Positions 1 to 8,403 of a DNA stretch of 64,000 nt are shown here, in pieces. A model generated the notes under the pieces. That model did no database searches, was not told the origin of the DNA, and saw only the letters and a program-made list of their open reading frames with translations. Position 1 is the stretch's first letter, and every line of letters starts with the position of its first letter. The stretch is from Bacteroidota bacterium (GTDB lineage: Bacteria > Bacteroidota > Bacteroidia > AKYH767-A > OLB10): NCBI GenBank assembly GCA_031366005.1, contig JANLZB010000029.1, positions 24,393 through 88,392 on the forward strand. Reading direction: 5' to 3'. The translations under genes were made by a program, and so were the position numbers.

Positions 1-216
1 AAAAATCTTAAAGTCTTTCATCTCAACGACAGCAAAGGCGATCTCGGTAGCCATCTTGATCGTCATGAGAACATAGGTAAAGGAAAATTAGGTCTCGCAC
101 CTTTCCGTTACATCATGCAAAACTTTCCTGATATTCCTAAAGTGCTTGAAACACCTAAAGAAGATGATGGAGATAAAATAAATCTTTCGGTGCTGAGGAG
201 GTTAATAAATGCATGA
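1..216 (+). CDS. nfo: Endonuclease IV (deoxyribonuclease IV), C-terminal fragment; 5' end lies outside the window
   Basis: Frame 1 translates to ...KVFHLNDSKGDLGSHLDRHENIGKGKLGLAPFRYIM..., which matches the conserved C-terminal motifs of AP endonuclease family 2. A stop codon occupies 214-216. Confidence 0.7.
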   Translation, partial: KNLKVFHLNDSKGDLGSHLDRHENIGKGKLGLAPFRYIMQNFPDIPKVLETPKEDDGDKINLSVLRRLINA

Positions 217-224
217 AATATCGC

Positions 225-1064
225 TTACTCAAACAAACTCATCTGCACACTTTCTCTTTTTAAAATTACCTTTCTCAATGATGGCAATGAAGCAGGAGCA
301 GTACGGATTGCATACACATCTGTTTCTTTATCTCTTGACGCAACTACAATTTTAATTTTTCCTGCATTATTTTCAAACAACTCATGCACCAGCTCAGGAC
401 AATTATTGTTTTTACTTAAATGAGATAAAAATAAATGGCTCATATAAGCAGGCTTGTGATCAAGAAAAAGTTTTAATGCCTGAAGATTTGATAAATGCCC
501 TTTACCTCCTCGTATTCGATTTTTTAAATGAATGGGATATCCACCGGTTTCCAGCATTTGCTCATCATAATTTGTTTCAAGAAAACACGCATGACATTGT
601 TTAAAATAATGGATCACTTGCTTGCATGCTATTCCAATATCGGTAATCACACCCACACGGATTCCATTTCCTTCTACTAGAAAACTATATGGATCAATGC
701 CATCATGAAACTTTGCAAAGGGAATTACGGAGAGATTTCCAATCGAAACAGGTTCGTTCGCATTAAATATGCGGAGTAAATCTTTCTCCAGGAAAAGCTG
801 CGAGTGCCTTAATGTATCAGGAGTAATATAAACAGGCAGCTGATACTTTCGTGCAAGCACAACCACACCACGTATATGATCAATATGTTCATGCGAAATA
901 AAAAGCGCATTAACCAATTCGATGTTAAGGTTAAGATTGCGCATTCGTTTTTCAATTTCACGACATGAAATACCTGCATCAATAAGCACTGCTTCTTTTT
1001 CATTACCTACATAATAACAATTTCCATTGCTGCCTGAATTCAAAGAAGCTGTAAATAGGGGCAT
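225..1064 (-). CDS. MBL-fold metallo-hydrolase
   Basis: Metallo-beta-lactamase signature SHEHIDH (HxHxDH) and an N-terminal LNSGSNGNCYYV motif typical of the family. The start was moved to the internal Met (cat at 1062-1064) giving MPLFTASLNSGSNGN; the ORF-track start at 1127 is also possible. Confidence 0.75.
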   Translation of the reverse strand: MPLFTASLNSGSNGNCYYVGNEKEAVLIDAGISCREIEKRMRNLNLNIELVNALFISHEHIDHIRGVVVLARKYQLPVYITPDTLRHSQLFLEKDLLRIFNANEPVSIGNLSVIPFAKFHDGIDPYSFLVEGNGIRVGVITDIGIACKQVIHYFKQCHACFLETNYDEQMLETGGYPIHLKNRIRGGKGHLSNLQALKLFLDHKPAYMSHLFLSHLSKNNNCPELVHELFENNAGKIKIVVASRDKETDVYAIRTAPASLPSLRKVILKRESVQMSLFE

Positions 1065-1147
1065 GTTGCAAAGAACAGAAAAATGTTTTTGAAAACAATT
1101 CATAGCACTGCAAATATTTTTTAACACTGTATTATTAATTTTACCTT

Positions 1148-1624
1148 ATGAATCTCTCTCAATACCTCATCGACACCTGGAACTGGAACAGCAGTGCCAA
1201 TAAAACTGTTTTGAAAAAGATAGCACTACTACCAGACAAAAGCGAATGCATCCGTTTGCTTAGCCACTTAATCAATTGTCAATACAAATGGATGGATCGT
1301 ATCAATGTTTATTCTGAATATTCAAAGCTTGATTGGTGGGAACCAGTGTATGAATTAGAACAATTAATTATTGAATGGGATAAAAGCCTGAAGCCTTGGA
1401 TTGATTTGCTTAATAATAAAACCGAGGATGAGCTTTTGCAAAAAGTTAAATGGGTTGGTAATGACCAGATCACCATATTCACTGCTCCATTAAGCGACAT
1501 TGCATTGCAATTAAATTATCATTCCATTCATCACCGTGCACAGATGCAAACGATCATACGGAAGCAAGGATTAGAACCTGCATTTGTTGATTATATTGGT
1601 ACGCGCGTTGAGAAAGTAAAATAA
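1148..1624 (+). CDS. DinB/YfiT-like family protein (putative metal-dependent hydrolase)
   Basis: About 158 aa with spaced His residues (LSHLINCQY ... HSIHHRAQMQTI) that resemble the DinB_2 four-helix-bundle family. Family recognition is weak. Confidence 0.45.
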   Translation: MNLSQYLIDTWNWNSSANKTVLKKIALLPDKSECIRLLSHLINCQYKWMDRINVYSEYSKLDWWEPVYELEQLIIEWDKSLKPWIDLLNNKTEDELLQKVKWVGNDQITIFTAPLSDIALQLNYHSIHHRAQMQTIIRKQGLEPAFVDYIGTRVEKVK

Positions 1625-1673
1625 ATTTAAATTTCAAAGCTTCAATACCCCAGCACCTTAACACAATTAAAAA

Positions 1674-2072
1674 TTGTCTTTTCAAAACGGAATAAAATTT
1701 CAATCCTTCGTAGAGTTCTGGGAATATTTACCGAAAGAAGAACGTATCATTACAGATGTATTGCGTGAAATAATTTTAAATACCTTGCCATCCATAACCA
1801 AAGAAAAACTCACTTACAATGTTCCTTTTTACTATGGCAAACGCAGAATTTGTATGATATGGCCAGCCTCTGTTCCATGGGGTGGAATAAAAAATGGTGT
1901 GTTATTAGGATTTAGTTATGGTTTTAAAATAAAAGATGCAGATGCTTATTTAACCCACGGAACTAACAAACAAGTGTATTATAAAATTTATCATTCAACA
2001 GATGAAATAAACAGCAAAGCTATTATTCGTTTATTGAATGTAGCAATTAAATTCGATTCGGGTTTTAAATAA
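1674..2072 (+). CDS. Hypothetical protein (DUF1801/YdhG-like fold is possible)
   Basis: Clean 132-aa ORF in good context, without signal peptide or recognisable catalytic motif. Confidence 0.4.
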   Translation: MSFQNGIKFQSFVEFWEYLPKEERIITDVLREIILNTLPSITKEKLTYNVPFYYGKRRICMIWPASVPWGGIKNGVLLGFSYGFKIKDADAYLTHGTNKQVYYKIYHSTDEINSKAIIRLLNVAIKFDSGFK

Positions 2073-2111
2073 TAAGTTGTTATTATTGTATTTAATCCTT
2101 AAATATTTTTT

Positions 2112-2426
2112 ATGCCTACTGAACAATATCACGAACCACCAAATGAATTAACAGAGGAAGTAAGAACTTTTGCGCGCATGATTCAATCACTGATTGAAGA
2201 AGCGGAAGCAATCAACTGGTATGAACAACGTATCAGTGTAGAGAAAGATTCTGAAGCAAAAGCAATCATGGAAAATGCACAAAAAGAGGAGTTCAAACAT
2301 TTCAGCATGGACCTGGAATTTTTGTTACGCAAGAAAGATAACTGGCGCACCATGGTGAAAAGTGTGATTAATAAAACAGGTGATATTGTTAAAAATGCGG
2401 AGAAAGGAGAAGATAAAATTGATTAG
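2112..2426 (+). CDS. Encapsulated-ferritin-like (EncFtn/Flp) mini-ferritin
   Basis: 104 aa with N-terminal HEP and the run EEAEAINWYEQR...ENAQKEEFKHFSMDLEFLLRKKDNW. This closely follows the EncFtn pattern recalled from Rhodospirillum (EELEAVDWYDQR...NRDEEKEHAAMTLEWLRRNDAKW), including the di-iron ligands Glu/Glu/His (ExxH). Confidence 0.55.
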   Translation: MPTEQYHEPPNELTEEVRTFARMIQSLIEEAEAINWYEQRISVEKDSEAKAIMENAQKEEFKHFSMDLEFLLRKKDNWRTMVKSVINKTGDIVKNAEKGEDKID

Positions 2427-2433
2427 CCCCTAT

Positions 2434-2730
2434 TTACTCCAATAAAAAAATCTCCCGTGTACCGCCATTCACTAAATCCAGATATCCTTTCATAATTTCC
2501 TGCAATTCGGGGCTGGCAGTGGCGCTACGGAGATTTGTAAAAAATTTTCCCATATCGTCTGTTTCAAATTCAATTACAACAGTCCAGTAATTTCCGACTG
2601 CATCCGTCATGATTTTAAAATTCATTCCTTCACCTTCTTTTTCAAAATGAGGTGAAGCCTGTTTGAATTTTTTTACCAGCTCTTTTGCTTTGCCCGGTTT
2701 GGCATTAAATACTTCGCGAATAAGATACAT
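2434..2730 (-). CDS. Hypothetical small protein (alpha/beta-barrel, Dabb/NIPSNAP-like is possible)
   Basis: 98-aa ORF filling the gap between flanking genes. No motif recognised. Confidence 0.4.
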   Translation of the reverse strand: MYLIREVFNAKPGKAKELVKKFKQASPHFEKEGEGMNFKIMTDAVGNYWTVVIEFETDDMGKFFTNLRSATASPELQEIMKGYLDLVNGGTREIFLLE

Positions 2731-2788
2731 GTGTGTTGATTTTAGAAGGTTGAAATTAATATAAATTATGAAACTCGAATTTAAGAAA

Positions 2789-3154
2789 TTATTCTTTTTT
2801 TATCCATCCTCTGCAACCTTTGGTTGTTAATCCCTGTAAAAATTCAATGATTTTTTTACGATCCTTCTCCGTATAGAAATGACTTTTCATTAACATCACA
2901 AAACGTTTTAGCTCACTGTAAATACATTCCACTTCATCACGCAAAATGGATTCAGGTGTTCGCATTCTGCTCCAGTTATGATACTCCTCTCCCCTCTCAA
3001 TTTCTGGATTGGGAAATAATCTTTCCAACTGTTCAACCCATTGCTGATAATCTTTCTCGAGATTTTTTAGAAGCTTGTGAAGTGCTTCCTGTGTAATTTC
3101 ATTGGTAACAAGAACAGGTGTAGCACGGTTACGCGCAATTTCATCAACAGGCAT
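2789..3154 (-). CDS. Hypothetical protein
   Basis: 121-aa ORF. No motif recognised. Confidence 0.4.
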   Translation of the reverse strand: MPVDEIARNRATPVLVTNEITQEALHKLLKNLEKDYQQWVEQLERLFPNPEIERGEEYHNWSRMRTPESILRDEVECIYSELKRFVMLMKSHFYTEKDRKKIIEFLQGLTTKGCRGWIKKE

Positions 3155-3241
3155 ACTTACGGTTTTACGTTAATTCAATAAAAAAGAATACCAATATTAC
3201 GTTTCACCTGAAATTCAAATTTTTTTCTCATTATTGTTAGG

Positions 3242-4183
3242 ATGAAAAAATGTAACTGTTTTAAAATTGCCTCATTGCTGCTATTGCTTCTGTGCAACAT
3301 TCAGACTTTTGCTCAATATGAGAGCGAAGACGATCCCAACGATCCGGCAAACTTTAAACGCCAGAGCGGATTTTATATGGGAGCTTTTATGGGTGGATAT
3401 ATTCCCAATAAGTACACTGCAAATAATTATAACGGATATGGCTTTGACCTGGCAGGAAATAAAAATTATTTTGCAAACAGCTGGATATACCAGAAAATTT
3501 ATAACCAATATGGAGGAGGTTATGGTAGCCAGCCGGATCTGATTGCTACCGCACTTGGTGTTGATCCTGGAGCCAATCCCAAAGAATGGACTTTTGTTGA
3601 AAGCGATATGCCGAATCACATGAAGTATCAATTCGGATTTCTGCTGGGCATTAACACACAATATCTGCTTAATAAAAACAATGGAATAATGTTGAATGTA
3701 AATTTTGTTAAGCTTAATGTAACCGGAAGTTTTACCATGGAGAGAAATAAAAAAAACAGTCCGCCTGCATCCTATGATTCGTTATTAACCTTTGGTATTG
3801 TGGGAGGAGAGCAACGCTTGTTTATTCAACTTGGATACCAAAGAATGATCACCAACAATCAAAAAACAAATTTATTTGTTGAAGGCGGATTAAATATTAA
3901 TTCTACTCAATTTCAAAAAAATGAAATTGCAATTAACAGTCTTACTATTGACTTAGTGACAAACTTTAATCAGATTGCTTATCCGTCTTCTACTTATTAT
4001 ATCCGCAAGCCAAGCAAAACAGGAATTGGTGCCTTTGCGGGATTAGGACTCGATTTAGTGATTGGTAAAAGAGTGATAAGTCAGATTGTTTATCAGCCAA
4101 CGTATGATAAAATAAATATCGGGATTGATCCGAAATTAAAATTGCAACACGCAGCAGGATTAAGAGTTTATTACAGATTGTAA
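3242..4183 (+). CDS. Secreted/outer-membrane hypothetical protein (beta-barrel-like)
   Basis: N-terminal signal peptide MKKCNCFKIASLLLLLLCNIQTFAQ. The body is rich in Gly, Tyr and Asn with alternating hydrophobic residues, and the protein ends in an aromatic C-terminus (RVYYRL) typical of outer-membrane barrels. Confidence 0.5.
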   Translation: MKKCNCFKIASLLLLLLCNIQTFAQYESEDDPNDPANFKRQSGFYMGAFMGGYIPNKYTANNYNGYGFDLAGNKNYFANSWIYQKIYNQYGGGYGSQPDLIATALGVDPGANPKEWTFVESDMPNHMKYQFGFLLGINTQYLLNKNNGIMLNVNFVKLNVTGSFTMERNKKNSPPASYDSLLTFGIVGGEQRLFIQLGYQRMITNNQKTNLFVEGGLNINSTQFQKNEIAINSLTIDLVTNFNQIAYPSSTYYIRKPSKTGIGAFAGLGLDLVIGKRVISQIVYQPTYDKINIGIDPKLKLQHAAGLRVYYRL

Positions 4184-4185
4184 AT

Positions 4186-5091
4186 TTAATTCAACGTTTT
4201 AAGTCTGGCGAAAACACCTAACGGCAACACAGGTCCTGTTGTGCTTTGCAGATACAATTCTCCAGATTCTGCATTGTTGCCTGATGTTGGAAACACTTCG
4301 TTAATTAAATTTTGTAAAATGAGAGAAGAGAAACCCAGAGAATAAGTATTCAAAACCAAAAAATTTTTTTCCTCTAAAAGCTGTGCAACCATTTGCATCA
4401 TCTCATTAATATGATCTTCTAATTGCCAGCTCTCGCCATTCGGACCATGACCATACGCAGGTGGATCTAAAATAATTCCGTGATATTTTTTTCCACGTTT
4501 TATTTCCCGTTTTACATAAGTCATTGCATCTTCCACAAGCCATCGGATATCTTTCAATCCACTTAACTCCATATTTTCTTTCGACCAGGACACCACTTGT
4601 TTAATAGAATCAAGATGTGTTACATCCGCACCCGCTGCTCTCGCTGCAAGTGATGCTCCACCTGTGTATGCAAATAAATTTAAAATGCGCGGTTGATTAA
4701 TTCCTTCCGATTTTAATGTTTCAACACTTTCAAAAATAAAATCCCAGTTAACCGCCTGTTCAGGAAAAACTCCAACATGTTTAAATGATGTTAGTCCTAA
4801 TCTGAAATTAATCTCGCTCCCTGTTTTATACTTTGTACTATCTACTTTATACTTTATACTCCATTGATCCGGCATTTCCTTCAGCTTATTCCACACACCG
4901 GCTGAACTTGATTTTGATTTGAATTCAACATGTGCACGCTGCATCCATTCTTTCTTACTTAGCTTTTTACTCCACACCGCCTGTGGCTCCGGACGAATGA
5001 GAATATATTTTCCGAATCGTTCTAACTTTTCAAAATCTCCACTGTCAATTAATTCATAATCCGGAAAATTGGTGGGAGTAAGTAACAACAT
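4186..5091 (-). CDS. Class I SAM-dependent rRNA methyltransferase (RlmI/RlmK-like catalytic domain, no PUA domain)
   Basis: Contains NLFAYTGGASLAARAAGA (SAM-binding motif I) and ILDPPAYG (the DPP motif IV of nucleic-acid methyltransferases). The start was trimmed to the internal Met (cat at 5089-5091), because the 396-aa ORF-track version overlaps the gltX start by 140 nt. Confidence 0.7.
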   Translation of the reverse strand: MLLLTPTNFPDYELIDSGDFEKLERFGKYILIRPEPQAVWSKKLSKKEWMQRAHVEFKSKSSSAGVWNKLKEMPDQWSIKYKVDSTKYKTGSEINFRLGLTSFKHVGVFPEQAVNWDFIFESVETLKSEGINQPRILNLFAYTGGASLAARAAGADVTHLDSIKQVVSWSKENMELSGLKDIRWLVEDAMTYVKREIKRGKKYHGIILDPPAYGHGPNGESWQLEDHINEMMQMVAQLLEEKNFLVLNTYSLGFSSLILQNLINEVFPTSGNNAESGELYLQSTTGPVLPLGVFARLKTLN

Positions 5092-5143
5092 TGCGCAAAA
5101 ATAAATAAATGCCTTTGGTATCTTTGGCGGGTGTAATTCTTTC

Positions 5144-5209
5144 TCGTCATTGCGAGGAACGAAGCAATCTCCCGCTATGTAAAGATTGCTTCGTTCCTCG
5201 CAATGACGA
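5144..5209. repeat. Perfect 26-bp inverted repeat (hairpin with a 14-nt loop) in the divergent intergenic region between the methyltransferase gene and gltX
   Basis: tcgtcattgcgaggaacgaagcaatc (5144-5169) is the exact reverse complement of gattgcttcgttcctcgcaatgacga (5184-5209). Confidence 0.85.
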
Positions 5210-5236
5210 AACAATTTTGAATGTTTATTTTTAATT

Positions 5237-6814
5237 ATGACTACAAAAATTATCAGAACACGTTTTGCGCCAAGCCCTACAGGGCCGTTGCACATGGGTG
5301 GAGTGCGTACTGCATTATATGCATATCTCTTTGCACGAAAACACAACGGAAAATTTTTATTGCGCATTGAAGACACAGATCAAAACCGTTATGTGGAAGG
5401 AGCAGAACAATATATCATTGACTCATTGAAGTGGTGTGGAATTGAAGTGGATGAAGGTCCAAATGTTGGTGGTGCTTATTCACCTTATCGCCAATCTGAG
5501 AGAAAAAGTTTAGGATACTATCAGCAATACGCTGAAAAATTAATTGCAAGCGGACATGCTTATTATGCTTTTGATACCAATGAAGAATTAGAAATAAAAA
5601 GAAAAGAAGCAGAAGCAAATAAAACATCCTTTCAGTACAATGCACAAACACGAACATCTTTAAAAAATTCGCTTACACTTTCAGCAAATGAAACAGCTGA
5701 ACTATTGAAACAAAATGTTCCGCATGTGATACGTTTAAAAGTTCCTGAAGCAGAAGAAATTTCTTTTACAGATATGATTCGCGGTGAAGTCACCTTTCAT
5801 TCTTCTCAGGTTGATGATAAAGTTTTAATAAAAGCAGACGGAATGCCCACTTATCATCTTGCACATATAGTAGATGATGTTATGATGGAAATAACGCATG
5901 CAATCCGTGGTGAAGAATGGTTGCCCTCTGCACCAGCACATATTTTAATTTATAAATATTTGGGATTACTGGATTCGATGCCGCAGTATGCACATCTTCC
6001 GTTATTATTAAAACCTGATGGCAACGGAAAACTCAGCAAACGTGATGGCGACCGCTTGGGATTTCCTGTTTTTCCATTGCAATGGACCGATCCTGTTACC
6101 AAAGAAATTTCTTCCGGTTATCGCGAACGTAATTATTATCCTGAAGCATTTGTAAACATGCTTGCATTTCTCGGTTGGAATGATGGAACAGAAAAAGAAA
6201 TTTTTTCAATGGATGAATTGATTGAAGCATTTTCCTTTGAACGTGTACACAAAGCAGGAGCAAAATTTGATCCTGAAAAAGCAAAATGGTTCAATCAGCA
6301 ATATCTGCGTAAGCAAAACAACGAAGTAATTGCACAACGTTTTATTCCTGTTATCAAACAACAATTAAATTGTGATGAAACAGATTATCGCGTGCAGCTG
6401 ATTTATGTTACACAAGCTGTTGCGTTATTAAAAGACCGTGTACATTTTGAAAACGAATTATGGAACAGCGGAATTTATTTATTTGTTCCACCTACATCCT
6501 TTGATGAAAAAGTAATTGAAATAAAATGGAATACAGCATCTGCATCTTTCTTTGAAAAATTAATTGTTGCCTATAATTCATTAGGAGAATTTTCTGCAAC
6601 AAGCACAGAAATTTGTTTTAAAGAAACTGCTGTTCAAAATAATTTGAAACCCGGTGATGTACTGCAATTATTCAGAGTATTGTTAACCGGAGTTACAAAC
6701 GGTGTTGCATTGTTTGATATGGTTGCATTGCTTGGAAAAATAGCGGTGAAAGAAAGAATCGAGTTTGCGTTGAAGGAATTGGAGGGTTATAAAACGAGTT
6801 CTGTTAATTCTTAA
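5237..6814 (+). CDS. gltX: Glutamate--tRNA ligase
   Basis: Class I aaRS HIGH motif (PTGPLHMGGVRTA) and KMSKS motif (KLSKR). The 525-aa length is typical of bacterial GluRS. Confidence 0.93.
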   Translation: MTTKIIRTRFAPSPTGPLHMGGVRTALYAYLFARKHNGKFLLRIEDTDQNRYVEGAEQYIIDSLKWCGIEVDEGPNVGGAYSPYRQSERKSLGYYQQYAEKLIASGHAYYAFDTNEELEIKRKEAEANKTSFQYNAQTRTSLKNSLTLSANETAELLKQNVPHVIRLKVPEAEEISFTDMIRGEVTFHSSQVDDKVLIKADGMPTYHLAHIVDDVMMEITHAIRGEEWLPSAPAHILIYKYLGLLDSMPQYAHLPLLLKPDGNGKLSKRDGDRLGFPVFPLQWTDPVTKEISSGYRERNYYPEAFVNMLAFLGWNDGTEKEIFSMDELIEAFSFERVHKAGAKFDPEKAKWFNQQYLRKQNNEVIAQRFIPVIKQQLNCDETDYRVQLIYVTQAVALLKDRVHFENELWNSGIYLFVPPTSFDEKVIEIKWNTASASFFEKLIVAYNSLGEFSATSTEICFKETAVQNNLKPGDVLQLFRVLLTGVTNGVALFDMVALLGKIAVKERIEFALKELEGYKTSSVNS

Positions 6815-6997
6815 TGAACATTATAATCAAAAAGTGCAGACTTCATAAGTTGAATCATTGGTTATATCAAAAAACAATTTTTCCTTTAACCACCCTTTCC
6901 ACTTCTTCAGCCATCAAAAGATATTCTTTAGCTTCAGTTAGTTCGGGCATTATAAAATCATCCGATAACGCACCTCCACAGCAAACTTTGTTAACTC

Positions 6998-7255
6998 TTA
7001 CAAATCAATTGCAGCAAAATCATTATCAATACCAGAACACTTGTTTTGCAAATCAATTAAATCATGAGTCTTGGTATTCTCTTCTCCATGAAAAATAAGA
7101 AATGCTTTAAAATATTTTTTTACTGCTTGCTGACAATGAAAACAAACTACAGCTAATACTAAAGGTTCATACTCAAGAATAGTTCGGGCAGTAATCAAAT
7201 CATGATCTGCCTTGATAAACCATCGCTCGATATATTCTTTCAGTTCCTTACTCAC
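6998..7255 (-). CDS. HEPN-domain protein (toxin/partner of the adjacent nucleotidyltransferase)
   Basis: 85 aa with the HEPN-like helix ADHDLITARTILEYE...HCQQAVKKYFKAFL. It overlaps the upstream MNT gene by 4 nt, the typical arrangement of MNT-HEPN pairs. Confidence 0.65.
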   Translation of the reverse strand: MSKELKEYIERWFIKADHDLITARTILEYEPLVLAVVCFHCQQAVKKYFKAFLIFHGEENTKTHDLIDLQNKCSGIDNDFAAIDL

Positions 7256-7572
7256 AACTCAATTCCCTCCTTTAGTGCCCATTTAACAATGTGACCCGGC
7301 AAAGTCTTCTTGATACTAATTTCTTGTTCACTGTTTAATAGCACATCAACAGGAGCTTTCAAAGTATTTACGAGTAACCGATGAACTTTCCCCCAATAAC
7401 TCATCTTTTCTTTGTGAGAATACTGTTCTTTGGTAATCACTAACACATCATAATCGCTGTGATTATTGAAATCACCTCTTGCTCTTGAACCAAAAAGCAA
7501 AACTCTTGCATCAGGAAGCAAAGCGTGAACAGATGTTTTTATTGATCCTAAATCTGCATTGTTGAAATTCAT
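7252..7572 (-). CDS. Nucleotidyltransferase (MNT/Pol-beta superfamily) antitoxin-like protein
   Basis: GSRARGDFNNHSDYDVLV, which is the canonical GS...D.D minimal-nucleotidyltransferase motif. Confidence 0.8.
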   Translation of the reverse strand: MNFNNADLGSIKTSVHALLPDARVLLFGSRARGDFNNHSDYDVLVITKEQYSHKEKMSYWGKVHRLLVNTLKAPVDVLLNSEQEISIKKTLPGHIVKWALKEGIEL

Positions 7573-7758
7573 ATTACAAACTTACAGTAAATACTTTTTA
7601 CACTCTTACCTGTTTACATGTCTTAACACACAACTCAATTAATTATGATCGCTTTATAAATGCTAGCACATGAATAAAATAATCACAGAAAAGGAGATAA
7701 TTTTTAAGAAGTTGCAGAAGACGATTAAAAACTAAAAAAAATAATTAGGTGGTTTAAC

Positions 7759-8292
7759 TCAATTAAAAACAGAATTCAAATCCAACTTTAAAAAACAATC
7801 ACTATTTAAATTAAAAGTTCCCATTGCATTTTCCATATATCCATTTTCTGTCAATTCAAACACTTTAATTGATTTAGCAATAGGATCAGCAATCAGATAA
7901 TATTTTACTTTTTGTTTTTCGTAGATATCAAATTTTACAGTGCGGTCTTTAATTGCGGTTGCGGGAGATAAAATTTCCAGGATTAAGGTTGGAGGAAACT
8001 TTAAAAACTCTTCTTGAAAATCACCGCAAACAATTATAACGTCCGGACGCACGATAGTATCATCTGATATTATCCAATCCAATTCATAAAACACCTCACA
8101 GTCTTTACATTTTGTCTTTAATGCGGAAAGTGCATTTGTAATTAAATTAAATAATTTGCCTCCAAGACTCTGATGTCTTTTACCGGGAGAAGGACTCATC
8201 GCATAAGGAATTCCCTGGATGAGTTCCCAATCTCCTTCCCAGATTTTATAATCTTCATATGTGTAATGAGGAAGGTAGCGTAACGAATTCAT
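7759..8292 (-). CDS. Uma2-family (DUF820) PD-(D/E)xK endonuclease
   Basis: 177 aa carrying ...PDVIIVCGD...LILEILSPAT...KVKYYLIADP..., the characteristic Uma2 restriction-endonuclease-like core. Confidence 0.7.
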   Translation of the reverse strand: MNSLRYLPHYTYEDYKIWEGDWELIQGIPYAMSPSPGKRHQSLGGKLFNLITNALSALKTKCKDCEVFYELDWIISDDTIVRPDVIIVCGDFQEEFLKFPPTLILEILSPATAIKDRTVKFDIYEKQKVKYYLIADPIAKSIKVFELTENGYMENAMGTFNLNSDCFLKLDLNSVFN

Positions 8293-8363
8293 TTGGCTAA
8301 GTTACGATATATAAATAAGTTTTTCTCCCCTTATAATGTTCGCTTCTCCCAATATCAAATCAA

Positions 8364-8371
8364 TTAATTTT
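8364..8371 (+). promoter_or_regulatory. Candidate Bacteroidetes sigma-A -7 element (TAnnTTTG) upstream of glnS
   Basis: TAATTTTG sits 33 nt upstream of the glnS ATG. This is a motif match only. Confidence 0.3.
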
Positions 8372-8403
8372 GAACGCTCGATAATCATTTATCAATTAAT
8401 AAA

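Noticed and set aside
809-1003. Numerous short antisense or overlapping ORFs from the six-frame track, for example 809-1003, 3267-3661, 8765-9078, 11417-12130, 21038-21457, 30862-31218 and 35024-35517
   Set aside because: Each lies fully inside a longer ORF that has clear family motifs. Their translations are low-complexity and lack motifs, as expected for antisense frames in AT-rich DNA.
2434-3154. Possibility that the two minus-strand small proteins next to the EncFtn-like gene form an encapsulin shell
   Set aside because: At 98 and 121 aa they are far too small for an HK97-fold encapsulin (~260-300 aa) and are on the opposite strand. No shell candidate exists in the window.
4186-5376. 396-aa ORF-track version of the methyltransferase (N-terminal 95-aa extension)
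   Set aside because: The extension overlaps the gltX start by 140 nt and runs through the 26-bp hairpin. Its sequence (…CFRAKRYAYNAVRTPP…) does not resemble a PUA domain. The internal Met was used instead.
6814-7098. 94-aa ORF on the plus strand starting at the gltX stop
   Set aside because: Low-complexity translation (Q/N/L runs). It overlaps the convergent HEPN gene on the opposite strand, which has a recognisable domain, so it is most likely a spurious frame.
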